The notes under the pieces: generated by a model
Told to the model about the DNA's origin: nothing
What the model saw: only the letters and a program-made list of their open reading frames with translations
Database searches by the model: none
Assembly: GCA_913055805.1 (NCBI GenBank)
Contig: CAJXLF010000014.1
Span: forward strand, 2,326 to 66,325
Origin: an uncultured Salinisphaerales bacterium
Lineage (GTDB): Bacteria > Pseudomonadota > Gammaproteobacteria > Nevskiales > CAJXLF01
Reading direction: 5' to 3'
Length of the DNA stretch: 64,000 nt
Program-made: the position numbers and the translations under genes
Part shown: positions 7,884 to 17,924 of the stretch, piece after piece
Layout of the letters: each line of letters begins with the position of its first letter
Position numbering within the stretch: the first letter of the stretch is position 1

Positions 7884-9242
7884 TCAATTCTCCAGATTCA
7901 GTTTTTTCAGCCGGTAGCGAAACTGGCGAAAGCTCAGGCCCAGCAGTTCCGCCGCTCGGGTTTTGTTGTATTTGGTTTTTTCAAGTGCTTCGCGGATAAG
8001 CTGGCGTTCCTTTTCGGCTATTTCTTCCTCAAGAGAAAGGTCCTGTGATTCTGCAGAATCAGTGGTGTGGAATTTTGAGCCTTGAGGCTGAGGGAGTTGG
8101 AGGTCGTCGCTGTTGATCAGGTTGGAGTCAGCCAGGGTGATGGCTCGTTCCAGAATGTTCTCGAGTTCTCTGACGTTTCCGGGAAAGTGGTAGCTATAAA
8201 GTGCGTTTAACGCATCCTTGCTTAGTGATGTAGGGGGCAGGCCGAGTTCTTCACTCATGTCCCGTAGAACATGTTCACAGAGCAGCTGAATATCCTCTCT
8301 GCGGTCACGTAAGGCGGGTACGTCGAGTTGTATGACGTTCAGACGGTAGTAGAGATCGCGCCGGAAACTGCCGTTTTCCACCATCTTGTCCAGAGACTGA
8401 TGGGTTGCGCTCAGAATGCGGACATCGATGGGTTCTTCCTGCTGTGCGCCCACGGACCTTACGCGCCGTTCCTGGATTGCGCGCAGTAACTTGACTTGCA
8501 TATGCATGGGCAAGTCGGCGACTTCGTCCAGGAAGAGGGTGCCACCATGGGCCGTCTGGAAAAGCCCCGGCTTGTCTTTGACAGCGCCGGTAAAACTGCC
8601 TTTTACATGGCCGAATAATTCACTTTCCATCAGTTCTGTGGGAATTGCGCCGCAATTGACTGGGACGAAAGGTTTATCTGCCCTGGGACCTTGTTGATGG
8701 ATCAGCCGGGCAACCAGTTCCTTGCCGGTGCCGGATTCGCCGCTGATGTAGACCGGCGCCTGGCTGCGTGCGAGTTTGGCGATCAGGCCGCGGAGTTGCT
8801 GAATTGAAGCTGACTCGCCGATCAATTCGGGCAGATCCTGCTGCCGGCTCTCTGATTTCGGCAGGCTGACCGCTTTCTCGACCAGTCCCTGCAAGGTGGC
8901 GAGATCGACCGGTTTTGAAATGAAATCGAATGCCCCGGCCTTCAGGCTCTCGACGGCATCTTCCACGTTGCCGTAGGCGGTGATCACCGCCACGGGCAAG
9001 TCGGGGTAGTGCTCCTGTATGTGACGGACGATATCCAGGCCGCGGCCGTCGGGCAGCCGCATATCTGTCAGGCAGATGTCAAAACTGCCGTTCTTGAGTT
9101 GCTGTAGTGCGGATTTGACGTCCGGCACGGCGATTGAGTCACCCCCCATGCGCTGCAGGGTGATTTCCAGCAGCTCACGTATGTCTGCTTCGTCGTCAAT
9201 GACCAAGGCCTTGAAGCGGCTGGCAGCTGACGGGTTGCTCAT
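7884..9242 (-). CDS. pilR: sigma54-dependent response regulator PilR
   Basis: Receiver domain (KALVIDDE...LTDMRLPDG), AAA+ domain (GESGTGKE Walker A, GSFTGA sigma54 contact loop) and C-terminal Fis-type HTH. ATG 9242 overlaps the pilS stop (ATGA). Confidence 0.9.
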   Translation of the reverse strand: MSNPSAASRFKALVIDDEADIRELLEITLQRMGGDSIAVPDVKSALQQLKNGSFDICLTDMRLPDGRGLDIVRHIQEHYPDLPVAVITAYGNVEDAVESLKAGAFDFISKPVDLATLQGLVEKAVSLPKSESRQQDLPELIGESASIQQLRGLIAKLARSQAPVYISGESGTGKELVARLIHQQGPRADKPFVPVNCGAIPTELMESELFGHVKGSFTGAVKDKPGLFQTAHGGTLFLDEVADLPMHMQVKLLRAIQERRVRSVGAQQEEPIDVRILSATHQSLDKMVENGSFRRDLYYRLNVIQLDVPALRDRREDIQLLCEHVLRDMSEELGLPPTSLSKDALNALYSYHFPGNVRELENILERAITLADSNLINSDDLQLPQPQGSKFHTTDSAESQDLSLEEEIAEKERQLIREALEKTKYNKTRAAELLGLSFRQFRYRLKKLNLEN

Positions 9243-10885
9243 GCGGCCCATTCCAGATTGCTGGTAAACAGAATGCGAAAGCATGCACCTTGCTTGCGGC
9301 CGGGGACAAGCCTGAGTTGTGCGTGATTGCATTCGCAGAGTTCGCGCGCGATGTACAAGCCCAGGCCTGTGCCACCGTAAAGGCTGGTATAGAAAGGTTC
9401 GAAAATCTGTTCTGCGATTTCCCGTGAAATACCCGGACCGTTATCGCAAATATCCAGATAGGGACGGGAGGATTCTGTATCGATACCTGCTTGAAGGCTG
9501 ACAATGCTTACCGGGCTGTCCTGGCCGGCATGCTGTACGGCATTCTCCCAGAGATTGTCGATGATCTGCCGCAGGTGGCCGGGGTCGAAACGCACTTGCA
9601 GGTTCTCGGGTACATCCGACAGCTGGAACGCCAGCTTGCAGCCCTGATGGCTGTGCATATATTCCTCGCTGACCTGTTCCAGCCAGTGCCGTAGATCAAT
9701 AACCTCAGGTACGGTTTGCTCACGTTTGGAAAGATTCAGCACGTTGATGACGATCTGATTAATACGTTGGCAGTGGCGTTCAATAATGCTCAGCAGGCGT
9801 TGCTCTTCTTCGGGAGTGTTTTCCCATTGCTGAATAAGCTGGCTGGCGTGGCTGATGGCGCCAAGCGGATTGCGGATTTCATGGGCAATACTTGCTGTCA
9901 GTCGGCCCAGTGCGGCCAGCTTGATTTGCTGCGTCTGTTCCCCAAAGCGCTGGGCATCTTCGAGGAAAATCAGTGCGGGACCCTGGGTTGCGCCGGGGCC
10001 GAGGCGATTGAAATGCGGTAGCAGGGTCTGCCCGTTAATCTCCATGAGTTTGCCGTCGAAGGTGGGCTGCGGGCTCTGACGCCAGGCGTTGAGTTGACCG
10101 ACGAGCTCCGGTGAAACCCTGGCCAGCGGCAGGCCGGTGATGCTTTCCCTGGTGGCATTGAGCAGGCGGGCGGCAGCATGGTTGTGCATGCGGATCCGGC
10201 CTTGTTCATCCAGTACCAAAACACCCACGGCCATGTGCTGGATCACGCGTTCGTTCAATTGCGAAAGATTGGCCAGATCAATACCCCGCTTTTCGGCCAG
10301 TAGGGCATTCAGGCGGGCGCGCTGGGCAAGCGTGTTGGCAGCAATGGTGACAATGAAAAGCAGCACGCCGATGATGCCGGCCACTGTGTAATCGGCGCCG
10401 GGCGCCAGAGAATAGAGTGCGCGTGCGATCTCTTCTCCCAGCAGCGCCAGGCTGGCGAGGGCGGCCAGCAGTGCCGACATGCGTCGTGGCAACAGGATGC
10501 CCAGGCCGGCTACAGGCGTGAGCATGAGCACACCCAGCCCGCTTTCCATGCCTCCGGTCACCATGACCAGTGCCGTAGTCAGCGTGATGTCCGCACCGGC
10601 CTGGCCATAGACCTGGATGCGGATGCCGGGCCAGCGGAACAGCAGGCTCATGGAAATGAGCGAGGCTACGATCAGGTAGAGTCCGCATAACGCGGGCAAC
10701 CACTGGGTCAGCAGGTTCGGGTACAGGCTGTCGGCCTTGGCGGTAAACCACAGGCCGAAGATCAGGGCAGCGATGGCCCAGCGGTAAATGCTGAGCGCAC
10801 GCAGTGCGCCCCAGTTTTCCTCGCTGCCATTGGCGGGGACATGGCTCATCCTGGTGGAATCACTGCCGTTCATGGGCGCGTGCAT
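9239..10885 (-). CDS. pilS: Sensor histidine kinase PilS
   Basis: Polytopic N-terminus, PAS-like segment, H-box SIAHEIRNPLGAI, and HATPase N/G boxes (DNGPGI, GGTGLGL). The start is uncertain; the alternative ATG at 10849 would remove the overlap with the upstream gene. Confidence 0.85.
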   Translation of the reverse strand: MHAPMNGSDSTRMSHVPANGSEENWGALRALSIYRWAIAALIFGLWFTAKADSLYPNLLTQWLPALCGLYLIVASLISMSLLFRWPGIRIQVYGQAGADITLTTALVMVTGGMESGLGVLMLTPVAGLGILLPRRMSALLAALASLALLGEEIARALYSLAPGADYTVAGIIGVLLFIVTIAANTLAQRARLNALLAEKRGIDLANLSQLNERVIQHMAVGVLVLDEQGRIRMHNHAAARLLNATRESITGLPLARVSPELVGQLNAWRQSPQPTFDGKLMEINGQTLLPHFNRLGPGATQGPALIFLEDAQRFGEQTQQIKLAALGRLTASIAHEIRNPLGAISHASQLIQQWENTPEEEQRLLSIIERHCQRINQIVINVLNLSKREQTVPEVIDLRHWLEQVSEEYMHSHQGCKLAFQLSDVPENLQVRFDPGHLRQIIDNLWENAVQHAGQDSPVSIVSLQAGIDTESSRPYLDICDNGPGISREIAEQIFEPFYTSLYGGTGLGLYIARELCECNHAQLRLVPGRKQGACFRILFTSNLEWAA

Positions 10886-11087
10886 GCTGCTCGTTGCAGA
10901 ATGTTTTACCCGACTCGGTAATGGCCTGGCTGCGCGGCAGGTGCACGCCGCAGTGGGCGCAGGTCACCATGTCTTCGTAATCCACCTGTTTCGGGCGTTC
11001 GGTTTTGGCGGGGCCAATAATGCGCCGGATAAGCCGGAAAGCTATCCAGAGCACGATGGCAAGTAGCAGAATTCTGAGTAATGGCAT
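10860..11087 (-). CDS. Small membrane-anchored zinc-ribbon protein (PP0621-family-like)
   Basis: MPLLRILLLAIVLWIAF TM helix followed by CAHCGVHLP...FCNEQH. This small protein is typically found just upstream of pilS in pseudomonads (from memory). Start chosen at the internal ATG. Confidence 0.55.
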   Translation of the reverse strand: MPLLRILLLAIVLWIAFRLIRRIIGPAKTERPKQVDYEDMVTCAHCGVHLPRSQAITESGKTFCNEQHARAHERQ

Positions 11088-11327
11088 ACTGGCACGGGCC
11101 GTGCTTATGTGTATGCCCAATACTGTAACCGAGCCGCGTTAAAGTGGCACAGTATTTTGGTTGCCGGCTTTACGCTGGCATGGCGAACGTGGAGAATCCC
11201 CAGGCGATTACTGCTGCATTGGGATGATGTGCCGGCCCGCCGGTGCGCATAACATTCCACAGACTTTTTTCTGTTCGGCGCCCGCACCAACATGAGGCGC
11301 CAAGTACCAAGAAGGGGCGTCAGGCAT

Positions 11328-12491
11328 ATGAACCTGCACGAATATCAGGCAAAAGAAATCTTTGCAAAATACGGAGTGCCCACTGGCAAGGCACAGTTGG
11401 CTACAAGCGGTGATGAAGCGGTCAAGGCCGCGGAATCCCTCGGCGGCAAGCGTTGGGTGGTGAAGGCCCAGGTGCATGCCGGCGGGCGCGGCAAGGCCGG
11501 TGGCGTGAAGCTGGTCGACACCATGGACGAAGTGCGCAGCGCCACCGACGGTATGCTGGGCCAGCGTCTGGTCACCAAGCAGACCGGCGCTGAAGGTCTG
11601 CCGATCAACAGTGTGTTGATCGAAGAACCGCAGGACATTGCGCGTGAACTCTACTTAAGTGTGCTGGTGGATCGCGGCAGTGAGCAGATCGTGTTCATGG
11701 CTTCGCAAGACGGCGGCATGGACATCGAGGAAGTGGCCGAGTCCACCCCGGAACGCATTCTGACTCTGGGCGTGCATCCGGCTTCCGGCTTGCAGGGCTA
11801 CCATGCCCGCCGCCTGGGCTTCTTCCTGGGTTTGTCCAAGGAACAGATCGGTGCTTTCGGCAAGGTGCTGACCGGTCTGTACCGCATCTTCATGGAATGC
11901 GATGCCTCGCTGGTGGAAATCAATCCGCTGATCGTGACCGGCTCCGGCGACCTGCTGGCGCTGGACGCCAAGCTTAATTTCGACGACAACGCGCTCTATC
12001 GCCGGCAGGAAATCGCCGCCATGCGCGACCCCAGCCAGGAAGACGAGGCCGAGCGCGAGGCCGCCGAACATGACCTGAACTACGTCACGCTGGACGGCGA
12101 CATTGGCTGCATGGTCAACGGCGCCGGCCTGGCCATGGCGACCATGGACATCATCAAGCTGCACGGCGGCCAGCCGGCCAACTTTCTGGATGTGGGCGGC
12201 GGCGCCACCGCCGAGCGCGTCACCGAGGCCTTCAAGCTCATCCTCAAGGGCAGCCATGTGAAGGCCATCCTGGTGAACATCTTCGGTGGCATCGTGCGCT
12301 GCGACCTGATTGCCGAGGGCATTATCAAGGCGGTGGAGCAGGTGCACCTGAGCGTGCCGGTCGTGGTGCGCCTGGAAGGCACCAACGTGGAGAAGGGCCG
12401 CGAAATGCTGGACAGCTCCAGCTTCAACATCATCGCCGCCACCGATCTGACTGACGCCGCCACCAAGGTTGTGGCTGCGGCCAAGGGATAA
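11328..12491 (+). CDS. sucC: Succinyl-CoA synthetase beta subunit
   Basis: [18 protein letters not shown]... with an ATP-grasp domain. GAAGGGG SD upstream of ATG 11328. Confidence 0.95.
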   Translation: MNLHEYQAKEIFAKYGVPTGKAQLATSGDEAVKAAESLGGKRWVVKAQVHAGGRGKAGGVKLVDTMDEVRSATDGMLGQRLVTKQTGAEGLPINSVLIEEPQDIARELYLSVLVDRGSEQIVFMASQDGGMDIEEVAESTPERILTLGVHPASGLQGYHARRLGFFLGLSKEQIGAFGKVLTGLYRIFMECDASLVEINPLIVTGSGDLLALDAKLNFDDNALYRRQEIAAMRDPSQEDEAEREAAEHDLNYVTLDGDIGCMVNGAGLAMATMDIIKLHGGQPANFLDVGGGATAERVTEAFKLILKGSHVKAILVNIFGGIVRCDLIAEGIIKAVEQVHLSVPVVVRLEGTNVEKGREMLDSSSFNIIAATDLTDAATKVVAAAKG

Positions 12492-12501
12492 GGGGATATT
12501 A

Positions 12502-13371
12502 ATGAGCATCCTGATTAACAAGGACAGCAAGGTCATCTGCCAGGGCTTTACCGGTAAGCAGGGCACCTTCCATTCCGAGCAGGCCATTGCCTATGGCACC
12601 AATCTGGTCGGCGGTGTAACGCCGGGCAAGGCCGGTGAAACACATCTCGACCGTCCGGTATTCAATACCTGCCACGAGGCCGTGGCGGAAACCGGTGCCG
12701 ACGCCAGCATGATTTATGTGCCGGCGCCGTTTGCAGCCGACGCCATTCTTGAAGCCGCTGACGCCGGCATCAAGGTCATCGTCTGCATCACCGAGCACAT
12801 CCCGGTCATCGACATGATGAAGGTCAAAGCCGTGCTGCGCGAGAAGGACTGCGTGCTGATCGGACCCAACTGCCCGGGCGTGATTACGCCGGGCGAATGC
12901 AAGATCGGCATCATGCCGGGCCATATTCACCAGCCGGGCAAGGTGGGCATCGTGTCGCGTTCCGGCACCCTGACCTACGAAGCCGTGTTCCAGACCACCA
13001 ATAACGGCCTGGGTCAGTCCACCTGCGTGGGCATTGGCGGCGACCCCATCCACGGCATGGGCTTCATCGACGTCATCAAGCGTTTCCAGGATGACCCGCA
13101 GACCGAAGGCATCATCATGGTCGGCGAGATTGGCGGCAGCAAGGAAGAGGAAGCGGCAGCCTACATCCAGGCCAACGTGACCAAGCCGGTGGTGGCCTAT
13201 ATCGCCGGCGTGACCGCACCGCCGGGCAAGCGCATGGGCCATGCCGGCGCCATCATCTCCGGTGGCCAGGGCACGGCCGACGCCAAGTTCGAGGCGCTGG
13301 AAGGGGCCGGTGTGAAAACCGTGCGCTCGCCGGCCGACCTGGGCGCTGCCATGCTGGAAGCGCTGGGCTGA
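12502..13371 (+). CDS. sucD: Succinyl-CoA synthetase alpha subunit
   Basis: [24 protein letters not shown]...; the phosphohistidine loop is [10 protein letters not shown]. Confidence 0.95.
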   Translation: MSILINKDSKVICQGFTGKQGTFHSEQAIAYGTNLVGGVTPGKAGETHLDRPVFNTCHEAVAETGADASMIYVPAPFAADAILEAADAGIKVIVCITEHIPVIDMMKVKAVLREKDCVLIGPNCPGVITPGECKIGIMPGHIHQPGKVGIVSRSGTLTYEAVFQTTNNGLGQSTCVGIGGDPIHGMGFIDVIKRFQDDPQTEGIIMVGEIGGSKEEEAAAYIQANVTKPVVAYIAGVTAPPGKRMGHAGAIISGGQGTADAKFEALEGAGVKTVRSPADLGAAMLEALG

Positions 13372-13391
13372 ACGCTCGCATTGACCTGAAG

Positions 13392-13419
13392 TGGCCGGCA
13401 TAATGCCGGCCATTTTATT
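13392..13419 (+). terminator. Rho-independent terminator after sucD
   Basis: TGGCCGGCA-taa-TGCCGGCCA followed by TTTTATT. Confidence 0.6.
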
Positions 13420-13440
13420 CAGGCGTCGTATACTGAAAAC

Positions 13441-15075
13441 ATGAGCGCAGAATCCGTGAAAGTCGTCCTTGCCCAGTTGAATCTCTGGGTGGGCGACATT
13501 GAAGGCAATGTCAGCAAGATCATTGCCGCTGCAGAAAAAGCCCGTGATGAATTGGGTGGCGACCTGTTGGCTGCGCCCGAACTCGGCGTGCTCGGTTATC
13601 CACCCGATGACCTGTTGTTACGCTCCGGGCTGCCGGCGGCAATCGCCCAGGGGCTGGAGCGTATCCGTGAGGCTTCACAGGGCATACACATCATTGTGGG
13701 TTTCCCCGAATTTACCGAAGAGGGCACATACAACGCCGCCGCGGTATTCCGTGATGGCGAACAACTGGTGCGTTATCGCAAACAGTGTCTGCCGAACTAT
13801 GGTGTCTTTGACGAAAAACGCCATTTCCAGCGCGGCCGCGAACCTGGTCTGTTCAGCCTCAAGGGACTCATCTGCGGCCTGACCATTTGCGAGGATATCT
13901 GGGAAGCTGCGCCGGCCACGCGGGCCCGGGAAGCGGGCGCCAAGTTGCTCATTAATATCAATGCCTCGCCCTTCCAGGTGGGCAAGTCGGGTGAGCGGGT
14001 GCGGGTGCTGGCCAAGCGTGCTCGGGAAACCGGTCTGAATATCCTCTATGTGAACTGCGTAGGCGGCCAGGATGAGCTTATCTTCGACGGTGATTCCCAG
14101 GCCTGCAACGCCGAAGGCGAAACCGTATTCCGCGCCCCCAGTTTTGAGGAAGATCTGTATCCCGTCTCGGTGGATATGCAGGGCCGTATTCTCAGCCACG
14201 AGCCGCCCGGCCGTTATCCTTCCGACGAAGGGCTGGTGTGGCGCGGCCTGGTGCAGGCGATTCGGGATTACGTGAACCGCAACGGCTTCAAGGGCGCGCT
14301 GCTCGGATTGTCGGGGGGCATTGATTCAGCAGTAACCCTGGCTTTGGCGGTGGATGCCCTGGGGCCGGATCGGGTGTGGGCCGTTTCCATGCCGTCACGC
14401 TATACCGCCGGCATGAGCCGCGATGATGCAGCCGAGCAGGCCCGGGCGCTGGGTGCGCGCTACGATGAAATCGCCATTGAACCGATTTTTTCCGCCTATC
14501 TGGACAGCCTGGCGCCGCTGTTCGGCGATGCGCCTGCCGATCTGACGGAAGAGAATCTGCAGTCGCGTTCACGCGGGGCGCTATTAATGGCGTTGTCGAA
14601 CAAGTTTGGGTATCTGGTGTTGGCCACCGGCAACAAGAGTGAAATGGCGGTGGGCTATGCCACGCTCTATGGCGATATGTGTGGCGGTTTTGCACCGTTA
14701 AAGGACGTTTACAAAACCCTGGTCTATCGTCTGGCTGAGTATCGAAATACCCAGGAAGAGGGTGTGGAAGCCATTCCTTCCCGCGTGATCGAACGCCCAC
14801 CGTCCGCCGAGCTGCGTCCGGACCAGAAAGATGAAGACAGTCTTCCGCCTTATGATGTGCTTGATCCCCTGATTCAGGCCTATGTGGAAGAGGGACGCTC
14901 GATTGCGCAGCTATGCGGTAACAATGTCGACGAGGAAACCGTGCGGCGGGTGGCCGGCCTGATCCGGCGCAGTGAGTACAAGCGCCGTCAGGCGCCCCCG
15001 GGGCCGAAGATTACCCAACGGGCCTTCGGTCGTGATCGCCGTTATCCGATTACAGCGGTTTACGGGGACTTGTAA
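13441..15075 (+). CDS. nadE: Glutamine-dependent NAD+ synthetase
   Basis: N-terminal CN-hydrolase domain plus a C-terminal synthetase domain with the PP-loop LSGGIDSAV. Confidence 0.9.
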   Translation: MSAESVKVVLAQLNLWVGDIEGNVSKIIAAAEKARDELGGDLLAAPELGVLGYPPDDLLLRSGLPAAIAQGLERIREASQGIHIIVGFPEFTEEGTYNAAAVFRDGEQLVRYRKQCLPNYGVFDEKRHFQRGREPGLFSLKGLICGLTICEDIWEAAPATRAREAGAKLLININASPFQVGKSGERVRVLAKRARETGLNILYVNCVGGQDELIFDGDSQACNAEGETVFRAPSFEEDLYPVSVDMQGRILSHEPPGRYPSDEGLVWRGLVQAIRDYVNRNGFKGALLGLSGGIDSAVTLALAVDALGPDRVWAVSMPSRYTAGMSRDDAAEQARALGARYDEIAIEPIFSAYLDSLAPLFGDAPADLTEENLQSRSRGALLMALSNKFGYLVLATGNKSEMAVGYATLYGDMCGGFAPLKDVYKTLVYRLAEYRNTQEEGVEAIPSRVIERPPSAELRPDQKDEDSLPPYDVLDPLIQAYVEEGRSIAQLCGNNVDEETVRRVAGLIRRSEYKRRQAPPGPKITQRAFGRDRRYPITAVYGDL

Positions 15076-15079
15076 CCTG

Positions 15080-15157
15080 CGTCATTCCCGCGAAAGCGGG
15101 AATCTGCGTTTCGCAAGATGGATTCCGGTTAAATGCGCTGCATTTCCCGGAATGACG
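15080..15157. repeat. REP-like palindromic intergenic element between convergent nadE and bamD
   Basis: Perfect hairpin ATTCCCGC-GAAA-GCGGGAAT (15084-15103), nested in the outer inverted repeat CGTCATTCC (15080-88) / GGAATGACG (15149-57). Its spurious translations (RESGN..., IP...GMTG) are typical of a widespread proteobacterial repeat family. Confidence 0.5.
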
Positions 15158-15162
15158 GGTTC

Positions 15163-16038
15163 TCAGGCTTTCGGCGGCGGCAGCAGCTGATCGTCATCGT
15201 CGCCGAATGGCCACAGATCAAAGCCGGTGTCGGCATCCGGATCAAAGCCCGGGTAGTTCAGATCGAGCACGGCGCGGGCATCGGCGGCCAGGTCTTTCAT
15301 GCCGAGGCCGTCATAGGATTGCTGTATGACCAGCAGGGCGCGCGGAATGGCTCTGGTGCCCTGGTATTTCTTGAGAATATCCTGCGCCCGGCGGCTGGCG
15401 GCCACATAGGCCTTGCGGCGCAGATAGTACTCGGCCACATAAAGTTCGTTGCGCGCCAGGCGGTCACGTAGCCAGAGCATGCGTTTCTGCGCATCAACCG
15501 CATAGGCGCTGGCCGGGTAACGCTGGATCAGCAGGGCAAAGGCTTCAAAAGCCTGGCGCGCTGCTTCCGGGCTGCGCTCTGAACTGTCCAGTTGCAGCAC
15601 GGTTTCAAGGGATTGATCAATACTTTCCTGGTAAATCACCCCGCGCAGATAGTAGATGTAATCAATATCGGGATGGCGGGGGTGTTGCTTGATAAAGCGC
15701 GAAGCGGCCGCCAGGGCCTGCTCGGGGCTGAAGGCCCGGTGGTAGGCGTAAATGCTTTCCATCTGCCCCTGGGTGGCATAGCGGGTGAACGGATAGTTCG
15801 CTTCCAGGCGCCGGTAGAAGTCGAGTGCGCTCTCGGCATCTCCCGCATCCAGGCTGGCGCGCGCACTGGCGTACAATTCCGGCGCAGTCAGTTTTTCTAT
15901 CTGTCTTTCCTGGCCGCTGGCGAAGGGGTTGCGCAGCAGGGGACCATCGTTGGCGCAGCCGCTGGCAAGGGCGACTAACAGGGCGAAGCCAACGAATCTG
16001 AATAGGGCTGGTTGCGTCTGGCGCGATCGGGATAGCAT
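15163..16038 (-). CDS. bamD: Outer membrane protein assembly factor BamD
   Basis: Lipobox LASGC and TPR-like repeats. Conserved divergent pairing with rluD. Confidence 0.9.
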   Translation of the reverse strand: MLSRSRQTQPALFRFVGFALLVALASGCANDGPLLRNPFASGQERQIEKLTAPELYASARASLDAGDAESALDFYRRLEANYPFTRYATQGQMESIYAYHRAFSPEQALAAASRFIKQHPRHPDIDYIYYLRGVIYQESIDQSLETVLQLDSSERSPEAARQAFEAFALLIQRYPASAYAVDAQKRMLWLRDRLARNELYVAEYYLRRKAYVAASRRAQDILKKYQGTRAIPRALLVIQQSYDGLGMKDLAADARAVLDLNYPGFDPDADTGFDLWPFGDDDDQLLPPPKA

Positions 16039-16154
16039 GTTAATCGGGCTGTGTTTCGCGTGTTTGAATAAAAGCGGAAGCTGGTCAGTATACCTGAAGC
16101 AAAAAGGGATGCCGGCGATTTCCGTTTTTCAACTGAAAAGGCTTGCTTCAAGGC

Positions 16155-17117
16155 ATGACGGCTGAGCAGATTTACCGGGTCACCGTACCCGACGAGCTGG
16201 CGGGTGAGCGTCTGGACAAGGCGCTTGCGAGTATCTGGCCGGCGTTTTCCCGCAGCCGCCTGCAGGGCTGGATGCGTAATGGAGCGCTGCTGGTGGATGG
16301 TGAGCGGCCAGCCCAACGCACCGCCGTCCGGGGCGGTGAGCTGGTCGAGTTGACGCTGACGCCGGAACCGGAGGTCTCGCTTGCGCCTCAGGCCATCTCC
16401 CTGGATGTGGTTTACGAGGACGAGGATTTGCTGGTCATCAACAAGCCGGTGGGTCTGGTGGTGCATCCCGGCGCGGGCAATCCTTCCGGCACCCTGCAGA
16501 ACGCCTTGTTGCATTACGCTCCGGAGGTCGAAAGCGTGCCGCGCGCAGGCCTGATTCACCGCCTGGACAAGGACACCAGTGGCCTGCTTGTGGTGGCCAG
16601 GAGTGAACGTGCTCACACCGCTCTGACGGCAGCCATGCAGGCCCGGAAAATCGAACGGGAATACTGTGCAATTGTTTGTGGCGTATTGACGGCAGGTGGC
16701 CGGGTCGATGCGCCTGTGGGCCGTCATCCCCGCGACCGAAAGCGCATGACGGTGCGCAGTAGCGCGCGTCCGGCAGTGACGCATTATCGTGTGATCGAGC
16801 GTTTTCGCCGCCATACCTATGTGCGACTCAAACTGGAAACCGGGCGCACTCATCAGATACGCGTGCATATGCAGCATCTGAATCACCCTCTGGTTGGCGA
16901 CCCTGTTTACGGTGGGCGCTTGCAGTTGCCGCCTGGCGCCGGGGAATCCTTGCGCGAGGCGTTACGGCATTTTCGCCGCCAGGCTTTGCACGCACGACGT
17001 CTGGCATTGCTCCACCCGGTCAGCGGGGAGTCTCTGAGCTGGAAGGCGCCGCTGCCGGCGGATATGCAAACACTACTCGCAGTGTTGCGTGAAGATGCGC
17101 AAACCCATGACGGGTAA
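16155..17117 (+). CDS. rluD: 23S rRNA pseudouridine synthase RluD
   Basis: S4 domain plus the HRLDKDTSGLLVVA catalytic motif. ATG 16155 is preferred over the track TTG at 16143. Confidence 0.9.
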   Translation: MTAEQIYRVTVPDELAGERLDKALASIWPAFSRSRLQGWMRNGALLVDGERPAQRTAVRGGELVELTLTPEPEVSLAPQAISLDVVYEDEDLLVINKPVGLVVHPGAGNPSGTLQNALLHYAPEVESVPRAGLIHRLDKDTSGLLVVARSERAHTALTAAMQARKIEREYCAIVCGVLTAGGRVDAPVGRHPRDRKRMTVRSSARPAVTHYRVIERFRRHTYVRLKLETGRTHQIRVHMQHLNHPLVGDPVYGGRLQLPPGAGESLREALRHFRRQALHARRLALLHPVSGESLSWKAPLPADMQTLLAVLREDAQTHDG

Positions 17118-17874
17118 CACACTCGATTTGCTGGCCGACGGTGTGCGGGTTTTGCGTCCGGACTGGCCGGCGCCTGCGGCTGTGCAGGCGGCGGTCACTA
17201 CACGTTACGGTGGCGTGAGCCAGGGCGCATATGCGTCGATGAATCTCGGAACACACGTGGGCGACGATCCGCAGGCAGTGGCCGCCAACAGGCGTGTGCT
17301 GCGCCATGCGCTGTCTCTGCCGGAGGAGCCCGTCTGGCTGCGGCAGGTTCATGGAACGGATGTGGTAATGGCAGAGGCTGCGGCGCAGGATGCTGCCGCG
17401 GATGCGGCTTACTCTGCTCAGCCGGGCAGGGTATGTGTGGTCATGACAGCTGATTGCCTGCCGGTGTTTTTCTGTGACCGGACGGGGACGCGTGTCGCCG
17501 TGGCGCATGCGGGCTGGCGTGGTCTGGTTTCGGGTGTGCTGGAGGCCACGATTCGCCATATGGGTGTGCCGGCCGGGGAACTGCTGGCATGGCTGGGTCC
17601 GGCGATCGGGCCGTTGGCTTTCGAAGTGGGGGGCGAGGTTCGACAGGCTTTTGTCGGCCGGGATAAACACAGCGATGTCTGTTTCGTACCCTCCGCGAGG
17701 GCGGGGCATTATCTGGCGGATATCTACGCGCTGGCGCGTCGTCGTTTGCATGCCTGTGGGCTTTCCGAGGTAAGCGGTGGCGGCTTGTGTACCTATGGCG
17801 ATGCAGAGAGCTTTTTCTCCTATCGGCGTGATGGCGATTGCGGTCGCATGGCCAGTCTGATCTGGCTGGTTTGA
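17107..17874 (+). CDS. pgeF: Peptidoglycan editing factor PgeF / YfiH (DUF152, laccase-domain protein)
   Basis: Motifs HGTDV, TADCLPVFF and HAGWRG. ATG 17107 overlaps the rluD end by 11 nt. Confidence 0.85.
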   Translation: MTGNTLDLLADGVRVLRPDWPAPAAVQAAVTTRYGGVSQGAYASMNLGTHVGDDPQAVAANRRVLRHALSLPEEPVWLRQVHGTDVVMAEAAAQDAAADAAYSAQPGRVCVVMTADCLPVFFCDRTGTRVAVAHAGWRGLVSGVLEATIRHMGVPAGELLAWLGPAIGPLAFEVGGEVRQAFVGRDKHSDVCFVPSARAGHYLADIYALARRRLHACGLSEVSGGGLCTYGDAESFFSYRRDGDCGRMASLIWLV

Positions 17875-17924
17875 CGCTTTTGATACCATAGCGCCTCCGC
17901 AGAGCCTTCGCGCCGGTGTCAGAC

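Noticed and set aside
11145-11164. TGGCAC ... TTGC sigma54-like sequence upstream of sucC.
   Set aside because: The spacing between the GG and GC elements is 10 nt instead of the required 5 nt (TGGCAC-agtattttgg-TTGC). sucCD has no reason to be RpoN-dependent.
11655-12587. Long ORFs antisense to clearly identified genes. Examples: 11655-12587 and 12499-13413 opposite sucCD, 15975-16886 opposite rluD, 17020-17889 opposite pgeF, 22323-24110 opposite the RND gene, 29193-30746 opposite lptD, 35509-36363, 41778-42629 opposite argG, 50022-51607, 51746-52453, 54664-55707, 60746-61507.
   Set aside because: They mirror well-supported genes in GC-rich DNA, where stop codons are rare on the opposite strand. 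Their translations are Arg/Ala/Gly/His-rich, low-complexity, and lack recognisable motifs or RBS.
11328-13371. sucCD standing alone next to pil regulatory genes, without sucAB/lpd.
   Set aside because: Both genes look intact, with their own SD and terminator. A separate location for sucAB is common enough, and nothing else is unusual.
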